64,000 bases of DNA from Lytechinus variegatus (lineage: Eukaryota), in the NCBI RefSeq assembly GCF_018143015.1, contig NC_054741.1, positions 72,100,687 through 72,164,686 on the forward strand, read 5' to 3'. Positions 13,142 through 24,900 of this stretch are shown in pieces. A program made the position numbers and the translations under genes. Under the pieces are notes generated by a model. That model worked only from the letters and a program-made list of their open reading frames with translations, was not told the origin of the DNA and made no database searches. The first letter of the stretch is position 1; each line of letters starts with the position of its first letter.

Positions 13142-13209
13142 AATGGGAGAAGTTGAATTTTGAGCTGACCAAGCAGTCATCCAAGGTTGTGGTCTATGAA
13201 GAAGAATAG
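13142..13209 (+). CDS. Gene 1 terminal coding exon: (E)WEKLNFELTKQSSKVVVYEEE, stop TAG 13207-13209. Acceptor ttctaccacacag.
   Basis: A phase-1 join with the exon-2 donor gives GAA, and the open frame ends at TAG. AT-rich 3'UTR follows; a candidate AATAAA lies at about 14466. Confidence 0.65.
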
Positions 13210-13689
13210 GACTTTCTATGAGATGTTGTAATGAATCTGATGCATGCTATCATGTATCATTGTTTGTGTGTAAATTTTGTCCAAATTCTTGAAAAAACAC
13301 AGAATATTTTCTTTGTTCTTACAACTATTTTGTATGTTTATCAAGTCTGTTATATTTTTCATGTTTGCTTTAGTTTGATACATTGATGCGTCATGTTCTT
13401 GCAGTATGAATTATGATCGGGAATTTAAATTTTGATTTGTGTTATCCCCAGTTCAGTGATCCATGTGTGAAAGAATATAAACTTTCAAAAGTTGATGTTA
13501 GGAAGCATTGCATACTATTTCTATGATTGATCACATCAAACTTTGAATACAGAATTTTCCCTTTGCTCTCGAGCAGTTGATATCAATTTTTTTTTTCAAA
13601 CTCAGCATGGACTTAGAATCTGAGGGTTGTGAGAGAGGTAAGTTCTTCTCACAGATTTAGATCAGGGAGCATTTGATAATAAGACTTGT

Positions 13690-13800
13690 TGGATGTTTTA
13701 TCTGACAGGTCCTGTTTTATGTGATGGTTACCATAGCAACTGTGCTACACAGCCAATCAAAATCAAGGAGAGTTGTCAGATGAAAAACATTGATGAAATG
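13690..13800. repeat. Short inverted-repeat MITE family (core ccaatcaaaatcaaggagag.tgtcagat). Further copies at 25040-25150 and 39090-39200.
   Basis: Three copies share the ccaatcaaa(a/c)tcaaggaRagatgt(c/t)(a/g)gat core, flanked by inverted gttttatc..acat / atgt..gac termini. Confidence 0.5.
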
Positions 13801-16800
13801 GTATCCTGGCATGCAGATTTGCTCCATGAAAGAAATGATGTCTAATGTATGAATGTTAAAGATGCAATCTATAATGAGACTTGCATTAAAGAGAATGGGG
13901 ACATATGTACCTTTGTCACCTCAGCAGCGTGTAGTCTTGCTAAGCAAAAATCTCTCGTATTATTATATTTCACCTGAAATAGGTTAAACTTGTTGGGAAT
14001 CATCTTTATGAAAAATAGATATATGTTTATTCCCTCTTTCATAAAACTTATTAAAACAATTGCTACAATCATTTTGCTTATTTGCTCTAAGCCAATCAAT
14101 AACATGATTTCAGTGATATATGGCGGTAGCTTTTACACTCATCTTTTATCTTAAAAAAAAAAAAAATGTACATTTGACACGTACCCTGTTCATATGTCCA
14201 ATACAGCATCATTGTTGTAAATATTACTCATCTTAGCAGTTTAAGGGTAAGCGCTGTCAAATCCCTGTCAATTGTATGCTAAAAGAACACAATATTTCTA
14301 CAATTATCCTGGCATTCATACTGTTTCCCGCTTACCAGGGGATGGTCAATCTTTTTTTAATGATTGAGTGTTCACATTTGCCCCAATCTTCAAGGGACAA
14401 GTCATGGCTGACTGACATGATGTGGAAGCAGTTCATTGTTTCTGCATTTTGTGTGTGTTCTCTTGAATAAAAAACAGCTGCACCCCATTGGAATGTAGCA
14501 CTGAATTGCATAGTTTAGTGGAATATTGCGTATACTTCCAATAACCAGGGGGGGGGAATAGGAAACAAAGCATTTTTCTCCTGAGCGTTCAGACTGAGGT
14601 TTTTTTTGGGGGGGGATGTCCAGTAAGTGAGAGATAGTCTGAACACAGTGATTATACCGGTATTTTGACTGAAGTATCTGAATGAGTCAGCCAGAATGCT
14701 GCAATAAAATACAGAAACTTCATGTGTTCCTATTTACAAGGTGGCATGTGTGAACAGGGTATGATTATAGTTTGGACAATGAAGAGGGTGGTAGTTGTCC
14801 TGCTCTGAATATAGCTTGATGTTTTTGCTGAAAAAAAGTATTGCTTTGTATATTTTTTTAGATATTATTTTCATTCATCCTTGAAGGATTTTCATGAAAA
14901 AAATCTATAATTTATCTTTAAGTGTAAAATCTAACAGAAGAATAATTGTGGTAATAAGGGCAGTAGACAGTTAATAGTTTATAAATATTATTGGGATCAA
15001 ATTCCAATTCTAGATTTCCTAATTCTTGATTCTACATAAAATTTTTTAATATAATTTGTTCAAATTTAGATTATTTTGTAATGTTCTGGGTTTCAAAAAT
15101 ATTTGATTCTCTGAGATATTGCGGGCTTAAGTGCAAGTGACCTTTATATGTACATTTTGTTTCAGATTTTGTATGAAGATTTGTTTTGATTATGTTGTGT
15201 TTTTGACTATCACTTTGTTAAATGCCAAAGAAATCTTCCTTTTGGTTTTGAGATAAATGGCCCAAGGTCCTTTTGAGTATGACCCAAACGAGGCCAGTAA
15301 TTTTACAGCAAGTAGCAGGTCTTTGCATAAGTAGGAATCAGATATAAGCTATCAAACATCAGTATAATGTGAGATGTAGTCTTTGACATGTTGAGAAGTG
15401 CCACTTTGGTTACGTCCTAGTCATAGCCAGTCATGCTCATATAACCATTGCAAAGGTGCTGACGAAGTGCTTTCCTTGTACAACTGTTGCTTGTTCTAAA
15501 GATGGCAAAATTTTATATTGTGAACTACATGTATTTTGATACACATCCTCTACCTACACATGTCTCCATCTTCTGTTTTGGCAGAATGAAATATGATTTT
15601 CTTATGCCAAATTTCATCAATTTTCTGAACTTGCTGATTAAAGTGGGATGCTTCAAGGATATTTAATCAGGTCGGTGAATGAAGGGAGCCACTTCCCCTG
15701 AAAATATCCTTTTTAAAGGATGTTTGTTATGTGTAAATGGATGGTGGATGAAAGCCACAAACATCCATAGCATGTTCTGTGTGATCTGCTATCTAATATA
15801 GGATAAATGAAAACAAATACGATAAGAGATGTGTATTATACATTCACCTTTCGATGATCAAAGGCATTCTCGTGAAGAAAAGTATAAAATTAAATGATAT
15901 GGGGAAAACAAGTGATAGGGTAGATATAACAGGAGTAGTCTTTGAAAGTCTTCTGAACTGATGGCATGAATGGAGATTCCAGAATGCCTCTATTTCTGGA
16001 TAGATTGTTGGGTAAAAGCAATTTTTGTCACTTTTGGTAAATCTTGTTGGTTCCTTTCTTCAGATCTCTTCATTGTCAAGAAGATTGGGTTATGTTTCTG
16101 GAGATTGCGTAATGAAATATACCTTGTGGTTTGGTGTGTTGAGCAGGTCATGTCATATCTGGCAGGTAGCTAGTATCGTTATTCTTCCTATGACATCACC
16201 GAATGTACCATGTGACTTGATGTGTCTCAAAGGTTGTGCCACATCTATAAGGTTACATTATGTCAGATTTCTTCACTTCACATCGTCACAGAACTCATGT
16301 GACTTGGGTTTTCTATAAGGTGATGTCATAATCACCCTCAAAAAACCTCTTCTGTCTTGCTGCTTCCTATCTCAAGATGTTACAATGATGTCCTATTAAA
16401 ACCCACTGGGATCATTGTGATTTTGAATATATTGTATGGATTTCCTTTCCTGTTTGATCCAATGTACATGTATTTCTATTTTATTTCTCTTTGAAAGAAA
16501 GTACTAAAAGTAGGTTGCACACTGATGTATATAGATATATGAAGAAGGAGGATTAGCTTTGACTTGCGATACTTTTGTATTATGCAACTTGCAATAGTCA
16601 ACTGGCAGATTGCGTGAAGGAAAGAGAGCTTTTGTAGTATTGGAGGAAAAAGTTGGTTGAGAAATAGATTTTTGTTGTGAAGAAAAAGATAATGTAACAT
16701 GCAACAAAAAGAAGAAGCAATTTTAGCTTTTCGTATCATAGAATCTTTATCTTCTAACATGTTGCAATATGTTGTGTAAATTGTACATGTTTTTCTTGTG

Positions 16801-19800
16801 AACACCTGTACAGGTTCATCTGCACCCAATGGATTTTAAATCAGAGACAGTGATGATAAACATTGGGTGTGAAATTGTAGAATTATAAAATAAAGTGTTG
16901 AGAGAAGTGTGTGATCAGAGAGGGGTTTGGAAAAAAAACAAACATTATTTTTGTACAGTGTCAGCTTTACATGTGTTGTCACAAAAAGGCGAAGAAGCAG
17001 AAAAAAAGCAAACTGTTTATTGATAATTTGCAAAAGAAGAATAAGTTAATCTCTATACATTAATTAGTTATAAAAGAAAAAAAGTTTAGTTATAAAGTTT
17101 ATTAGAGGTTTGAAAAACTTACTTTTATTTTGAGGATGTGTTGTTTCTTTTCTTGACAGTTTTGTCTTAGAGATAGGCATGAAAATGTAAGGTTTAAAAA
17201 AAATATGAAAAAATTGCTGGCATAATTGCATGTCTTGCATCCCTATTCTTTATTTTGTGCACATATTTAAGGCATTGATTAGCATTTACAAAGATCTTGT
17301 TTAAAAAAGAAAATACTAAGTTTTGATTCATGTTGTATTTAATATTCATATGACTAAAAATTCACACAGAAAAAAACTAAATCGGGAATAATGTTGATCT
17401 TTTTTTATGTTGAAAAAATTCCCCTCGCAGCGGTGATTCGAGCAGTGACTATGAAAGTACATGTACATGGTTCCACAGAGTTGGTATAAATCTTGGCTAA
17501 TAAAATATATATTAAGTCAAGCTCAATGGTAATTGTAATTTGATGTTACAATATTAGGACAAAGCTCTGATGTGTATACAACTGAGAATCTTGTCTTAAA
17601 ATATTGTTAATCTTGTCAAAGTGTAATTACCATAATGTTTTTTGTTTCTTTTCAAAGAGGCTTATTACACTGACAATGTACCATGGAATTTGTGGCCCAA
17701 TATATGCATATTCTAGACATTTGCTATGACTGGGTACCATTTAATTCCTGGGTAGGTTGTGGCTAATGTGAATTCTTGCTTTGCTCAAAGGCCTCAATGG
17801 GATTTGAAATTTTGAAATAATTGTTCATAGGTCCTTAACTACTACATGTAAGCTGCCCACATGTTGAAAATTCCTCCTTACCCCAATTTTGGGAAGAAGT
17901 TGCTTGTAAATTAGTGCATCATGTTCATTTGATACAAAGGTAAAGATTAATTACAAATGTAAAATCAACTATACAGTGCAATTGGTTACTGGTCAGTCTT
18001 ATGAACAAGACGTACATCTCCAGAGTATATGAAAACAACAAAATATATTATATGTATAAACATACTGTGCTTTATTTGCCTTAAAAATATGTTTGAGTAG
18101 ATTTTTTCTAAAAAGATCTCTGAATTTTTACTAGTGAGTTGGAAGAAACCTTGCAAGATGTCAATGATCAGAAAATTACTTAGTTACACATGTGGATATA
18201 CTGATAATAGGGTAAATAGGAAGGAAACCATTGTTGGTGTAGTTGAAAAATAAACACATTTTGACCACATTTGATATCTAAGCACTTGTTCGGTCTCATT
18301 TTAAATATGCATGCACAACTTTTTTTCACTTGCAGATGTAAGTTGTTGCACCATTAACAGATATTTGAGCTACACAAAGTCCTATTAAATCATTATGGTA
18401 CATGTAAAATGAATTAAAAATCCTTCCATTTCTCTTGTTTGTTTCTGAAAATTTAAAAACAAAAGTTTCATGAGGTTGAACTTATTACTGGAAGGAGATA
18501 TGTGAGCAATTTCATGAATTTTCATGCACATTTATTTGAATAAAAAATCTCCTTATTAAAATTAACTTTTATGATTATACCTGTATTTCAAAATTATTAT
18601 TTGAATTGAAAAAAAAGTTTTTCACTTAATTTTATATTGAATTACTTGTATCTGTTTTGAAAGATATTTGCTTTTGAGAAAAAAAAGTGAAAAAAAAGAA
18701 AGAAGATTATTACTAGTAGGTTGCTTGGCAAATGGCAATCATACTGAAGTTTGTATTTCCCGTACAAGTTGTAAGGAATGAGTTTGCCATAATGTACACA
18801 TCACAGCATGAAAGTCTTTAAATTAAGATATTTCACCACAGAAATATTTATAAATGTTTTTGTACAAAATTCTTGATGAGCTGCTTTCACTTAAATGGTT
18901 GAAAATGCGATGCTTAAAATTTGCCATGCTAAATTTCAGTATTTGAAAAGTACATGTATAAGTTGATACTTCTGCTTTAGAAAAAAAAAAAATATATTTT
19001 TAAATGACCATGTATGCATGTAGCATTCATTTGTTGTTTTGCTAGTGATCTTCAGACAATATATGAATGTCTGAGTTAAATCATTAAAATCAGATAAATT
19101 AAAATAAATCAAATGTATGCAAATGCTTCCAATTGTAAAAAAGGGGACAGGCTGTGTGACTAAGGTATATTTAGATTTTTTTCAGAAAATGAATGTTATA
19201 ATACTGCAAGCTGTATTAGCTAGGCTTAAACTCTTGGCTCTCCTCGCGCCATGTCATTGACTGATGATTATTATGATATTCATGTCTTTTTGATCAACAA
19301 CTCATTAAAATTGCATTGATTCTGATGATTATGATTATGGTTTTAGCATATGGAAAGAAGTTGATAGAATTGGTAATAAGATTCTCTGTCTAAATTTTTT
19401 TATTTCATAACCTTATATTTTGCGGTGTAATTTCAGTTTCTATGTGGTATATTTGTAATGAACATGAATTTTTTATTGTTTTTGTTTTCAGCATTTCCTT
19501 CACGCAATCTAATGTTTATGACACTTTTTTGTTTGTTTGTTTGTATGCATGTGAGTGTATGAATTGCAGAACTGGTTTTGAACACTGCACTAAAATAATT
19601 TTATTGTGAATCTTGACTCTTCATCTGTCTGCTTTCCATAAATAATCCAATAAGCCAGCATTGTTTTGACTGAACTTCCTATTTTTTAAAAATTGTTTTT
19701 TATTTCCACAAGCTAATTGTTGATTTCATCTATTTGCTTTGCAACTTCATTTATTACTTCAAGAACCAATTTAGACAAAATTCATGTTAGATGTTCAGAA

Positions 19801-20164
19801 AGATGCAGGTAATATTTCATCCATGACTATTCTTAAGTACATGTATTGTAGATGTGCTACTTTTACTAGATTTCATACTGTTTATTATCAAAGATTTTAC
19901 TATATTATTTGCTATTTTTTGTTTGTTCCCGCCATTAGAATAAAGCAGTTGAATGTTTGATTGTGTGAATCAATTTGTGCAAATTAACATTTCTAGGCAT
20001 GTGTCTAAGATACGTGTGTATATTAGAGAGCGTCACATTTTTTGATTACTTGCAAATTCCCTTAGATCTCACCTTAAACACAGAGATTGTGATTGCTGTC
20101 AAGCTTTAATAGTCCAAAGTCATGTTTAAGAGCAGAATCTTCATATATTGTATTAAAACCAAAC

Positions 20165-21890
20165 AAAACCATATCCGTAATAACATGGATGCTTATAGTA
20201 TACCGATTAACTCCAATTGTACATCATCTTGTATCAAGATTATGTTTATGATTTGTTTCCATGCCAAGACTTGACACGTCTTGGGACTTCGGGGCCTGTT
20301 ATTCTCATCCCATTGGATCACAACACATGTTATGGGTTATAAAAGAAGTTTCGTCAGTTGTATCAAATACTTCAAACTTGTGAAAGTTTTGAGGAACTGG
20401 CCCAAGACTGTTACTGAAATCCCTGACCCATCAATTTTCATTTTTTATGAAATACATATCATTTGTGTGTGAAAATTCTGCAGGTCTTGATCGACTCTGG
20501 TCGAATGCAGCTTAAAGTGTATTAACCCAACATATACTGCATCAAAGCTTTGGCATAAATTTTGCTTCTGGCTCTTGCTACCAGTAATAGAACTCTTTAT
20601 ATGTAGCATTTTGACAGTAAATGTATTGTATTGTATCTTTAGACCTGCTTGCAACTATATCAGAGCTAATTTATCTAGAGTTAATAGAACTGTGTACTAG
20701 AATTTAGTTTTCATTCTATATCTTATTCTTACACATTTCATAAGAAGTGATATATGAATCAGAGTAAAGAAAAGTGATTTTTTCTATTTTGAAGGCTTAA
20801 TTCTTTCGAACTCCTATTTCTTTTTCTTTTCAAGCTTATTCTACAATCTTTATTTTTATTTTATGGTGATCTAATTCGAGATACTGATGTGTACATTGGG
20901 CATATGACGTGGGCTCATACAATAAATGAAGCAGGATAATGATCTGCTCACAAGTTTAATTATTCATGTGTTTGTGTCTTTTACATGTGAATTGTGTTTG
21001 TACATGATTACGATGGAGGTTGTTTGGTCATAATAAGCGAGATTTCACTCAGTGACGTACAAAGGATTAAAAAAATTTAATGTGTTGAAAAAGCTTTGAA
21101 GTCTTAGTAAAAAACTGGGGAACTGGAACAGCAGTTTCATCCTAAGTTTCATATCTTAAGACCACTGCACACCTGACTGTTCGCGATCCGATTTTGGAAC
21201 AAATCGCATTTTGCTCATTTTTGTCTCGCCCACCAGAGGTGAAGGCGAGACTTAGGGATCCAAATGTCGTCCGTCTGTCACAAATTTAATGACACATAAC
21301 TCCACAACCGTAAGTCGCTTTTCAACCAAACTTGGATGGTAGATGGACTTGGGGGACCTGCATCTTTTGCTGCAGTCGGAGGTCACATGGTAAGGTCAAA
21401 GGTCATTTTCAGGTCAATGTTAAAGTTTACATGCAAGACTCTCTTATGACACCTAACTTCGCAACCGTAAGTCGCTTTTCAACCAAACTTGGATGGTAGA
21501 TGTACTTAGGCAACCTGCATGTTTTGCTGCAGTGGAAGGTCACATGGTAAGGTCATTTTCAGGTCAACATTAAAGTTTACATGCAAGGCTTCTATGACAA
21601 TTCTGTTGCGTGCCCTCACAAATCACGATATGTCTGGTTATTTTCATCAGTGGGCGAGACAAAATCGCTTTTGCCTTGTCTGAAACTGTATGGGACATAT
21701 TTTATTTGAGGTTAAAATTAAGTGAAAGAATACTAATATAACCATTTTGAAAGATTGCAAGTCTTTATCTTGGAGTAAAGGCCAAATTGGTTTCAAATCG
21801 TAGCCAATCGTACCACTGCTATGACGTCATTACGACTAGATATTAAATTTGCTTTTATTTAAAGAAGGATGATAGCATAGTCACAGATTT
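20165..21890. repeat. Left arm of a large inverted repeat pair: 20165-21232 plus 21667-21890, interrupted by a MITE at 21233-21666. It is homologous in inverted orientation to 41575-42835.
   Basis: Long stretches are reverse-complement identical. ORFs 20281..20472 (+) and 42511..42834 (-) encode the same peptide, and 20900-21060 matches 41940-42110. Confidence 0.85.
21233..21666. mobile_element. MITE with 17-bp TIRs (ttttgtctcgcccaccag ... cagtgggcgagacaaaa) and two internal 150-bp tandem repeats carrying AGGTCA arrays. It is inserted into the left inverted-repeat arm, and the right arm shows the empty site.
   Basis: TIRs were read directly. The right-arm homologue (about 41790) runs ...gctcatttt|ctgaaaatg without the element. 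A second copy of the family lies at 54130-55050. Confidence 0.75.
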
Positions 21891-22139
21891 AAAAAATTGA
21901 GTCGCAAACCAAACGTATGGCGTGCAGTTGCCTTAACAAAAAATTACAAGTATGTTGTTTGTCCAGAAACAAGGACTACACTGCTGTTTTGATTCAATTT
22001 TCGAAAAAGACTTCTTTGTTCTTTATTATGACGGCCATTTGACAATACATTTTCTCCGTTATTTAATCCTCCATACACCACTAAGTGAAAACTCCCAGAT
22101 AAGCCAGTTAATGGATACAATCTAAAGCCCCCGTCACAC

Positions 22140-22520
22140 TTGATTCGGAATCAGCAGGAATCAAGCAGAACCAGCCAAATGAAAATGCTTCTCAGTGCTG
22201 ACCGACGTTGCAGCAACAGCTAGCCGTGCTTTTATGCGATTCGATTCTCCCATGATTGCGATCGGAATGTTTTGAATGTTGTTGAAATGTTAGAATATTT
22301 GGAATGCAGTCTGAGTGGTTAGACTGCACTTTGAATGCCGTTCGATATTTATCCAGCTCGAATGTACCTTGAAAGTTTTGAGCATGAGCAAAACATTCAG
22401 GCCAGACACGAGAATGGACCCGAATATTTGGAATGCACTCAGAATGCAGTCAGAATTCTTAGAATGCACTTTGAATATCCAGGAATGTACCAACAATTTT
22501 CATTCCGATAGCAGTGTGAC
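22140..22520. repeat. GAATG/GAATGC-rich simple satellite-like array.
   Basis: Dense recurrence of ggaatgcac, tgaatgc and gaatgt units across about 380 bp. Confidence 0.5.
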
Positions 22521-24756
22521 TAGGGTATGACGTGGAGAGAAATGTCGAAATAACAATTGAAAAACCAGCCACGTGAAAATCTTTGGATTACCAGGCATAG
22601 CAAGACACCATTTCTATTAACTGGTTTCCAAACGAGCCCCTTCCATTATTAAAACAGGTGACTGGAAAAGTCCATCTCAGAATACTATATGTTCTGACTG
22701 AAGTATGCCAAAATTGAAATGCCACACCAACTAAGACCCCAGTTTGCATCTATATAGGCGGGGGAGACGTGTCCCCCCCTAAATTTGAGGAGGGGGATGG
22801 TCCCCCCTAAATTTGTTGTTGATGACCTTTTTTTTTTTTTTGCTTGTCAAAATTTTTTTTGGTTGTCCCCTCCTAAAATTTTTGGCTTCCGCCGCCAACG
22901 TGTATCTATAATTCTTGGTACCAGTATAACTTTGCCTAGAACATTCTGAGATGAAAACTCATTGGCCAATACCATTTTTATGGTACCATTCTCAATTTTT
23001 GACCCTCTGAAGGAGAGAACTAATTGGATGTTCCTTCAATGCGATTAGTTAGTCAGATCCTCAAGCTTCATGGTATATATTTATAATATCTCTTGTATTC
23101 AATTTGTGTTCTTAAACAAAATTAAACTGAATTACAACAATCCACAAAATTGCATTTTAGTACAAGAAAACCATCTGGTAATATTTTATTTAGCCTTTGC
23201 AAATATGTCTAACAATGAATATAGAAAAATACAGGTAAACAAATATTTTCATAGACACAGTTACAAATTTGTGATTGCATGATAAACATATTCAAAATAT
23301 AAAATATCTATTAGATATCACACTTTGGCTATCTGGAAATGTTATATAAAGGTGACTAATCAAATAAATTCTATTATACTGCACTTCAGTAATTATACCA
23401 CATTATTAAAGCTTTAACAACACAACATACAACTTCTTCACTTACAGTTAGAGAAGCACAGAAATAAGAGGCACAATAATAGATCATCAAATCAATGATA
23501 TAATTAAGAATATAATTACCCTTAACAAATACAGTGAACAGTTGACAATAAGATCACTTCTTCATCATCACAGAAAGAAGCTGCTAGAATGAATAAATTG
23601 TTTTTCTTGGATCGCATAATTGTTATAGCCATCGAATTCCAACTTTGGTAAAAACAAGTGACATAGAAATGCCAAGTTTTGCTAGGTGCATGTATCCCTA
23701 AAATTGTGTGCATTTCTGTCTGAATCTATATATTTTACTTGATGTAAACACACTAATATCCACCTCTTCAAGGTTGATTTATCAGGATTTTTTTTTCTGG
23801 TCAAAAACATCTATCCTCTAAATTGAAAGACTTATGATGGAACTAAAAATGGAAACATACATGAATCTTCAGATAACCAAAACAAACATACACTTTAGCT
23901 CTATGACTGTTTATGTTTTTATTTACAATACAGCCATTCAAATTCATCTCTACATTCAAATTCATTAATGAATAACCATGACAAGTGTAAGAACTATTTC
24001 AGACACTTACTAGCAAAAACAGAATTATCCTCCGGCTCTAATAAAACCTCTCCTTCATGAAAAGTGAAGAACTAAAAATAGAATTACAAATTCTCAAAAA
24101 TATCAAAAATCAGCAACCACCCATAAAGACAACTTCTTTCCATTCAAAATATCCAATGATTATTTTTCTCTCTCTTTACCGAATGGTTGATTACAGCACA
24201 CAGACACATGTCTCCTAAACTCATTTAAAGAAAGAAGAGCATTCTACAGTGGCTCCCAATAACAATTTCAAACATCCTAGTGAAACATTCACTATTTGAA
24301 TACTACACCTGGAATTGCAGTACAAGAGCTTCTACACCAAGATCACATAATGCACAACTTGAGGCGATTTTGCATAACCATCAAATTTCTGAGGATTGTC
24401 CTAGAAATTAGACAAAATGATTTTATAGAAAGACCCCTGCTTCTATCTCCCGACTCCTTAATTCTTCTTCTTTTTTTTCATAGAACCAAATACCATTAGT
24501 TCTTCCTTGACCCATAATTACATGAAAAGGGACAGTGGTTTTAGTATGCTCATAAACAGAATGACAAATTGTGATTCCCCCAGAAGTAGATTTTTTTCTT
24601 TTTTTACCTGACCCATCAATCACAAAATAGTCAATACTACACCATATAGACATAGAAACTATATTGTCTATACTGACAACGATGGATGTGACCTTTGTAA
24701 TACCACATGCAATCCCTTTCCTGCTTTGTAAGGACTGGTCATGACATGGGGATGAC

Positions 24757-24900
24757 CTATTCATCCTGATCGACCTGATCGATGCCTCTCTTTGTAGCAA
24801 ACCCACCAAGGAGACCCTGGGCAGTGTTGAAGAGGTTGATGGGGGTGGATCCATCGGTGATCAAGGTGGACTTCAATCCCAGTGAAGAGAGCAGTTTCAC
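24757..24900 (-). CDS. MVP: MVP terminal coding exon 14: [47 protein letters not shown]. The 3'UTR continues to lower coordinates; a candidate polyA signal (plus-strand tttatt) lies at about 23918-23923.
   Basis: Frame calibrated against out-of-frame ORF 24423..24854. Acceptor CTTACAG|GTGAAA; stop TAG at 24759-24757. Confidence 0.9.
   Translation of the reverse strand: MKLLSSLGLKSTLITDGSTPINLFNTAQGLLGGFATKRGIDQVDQDE

Noticed and set aside
20281-20472. Duplicated 63/107-aa ORFs (20281..20472 + and 42511..42834 -) encoding the same peptide
   Set aside because: The identity follows from the inverted repeat arms. The peptide is short, lacks recognisable motifs, and the frames are interrupted differently in the two copies, so it is probably non-coding repeat sequence.
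22290-22530. ORFs 22290..22496 (-) and 22315..22530 (+) with ECTLNIQECT-like repeated peptides
   Set aside because: They are generated by the GAATG-rich satellite array, and the repeating peptide reflects the DNA repeat and not a gene.
24423-24854. ORF 143 aa (-) overlapping the MVP last exon and 3'UTR
   Set aside because: It is out of frame with the verified MVP reading frame, which ends at TAG 24757. It results from reading through the 3'UTR in another frame.
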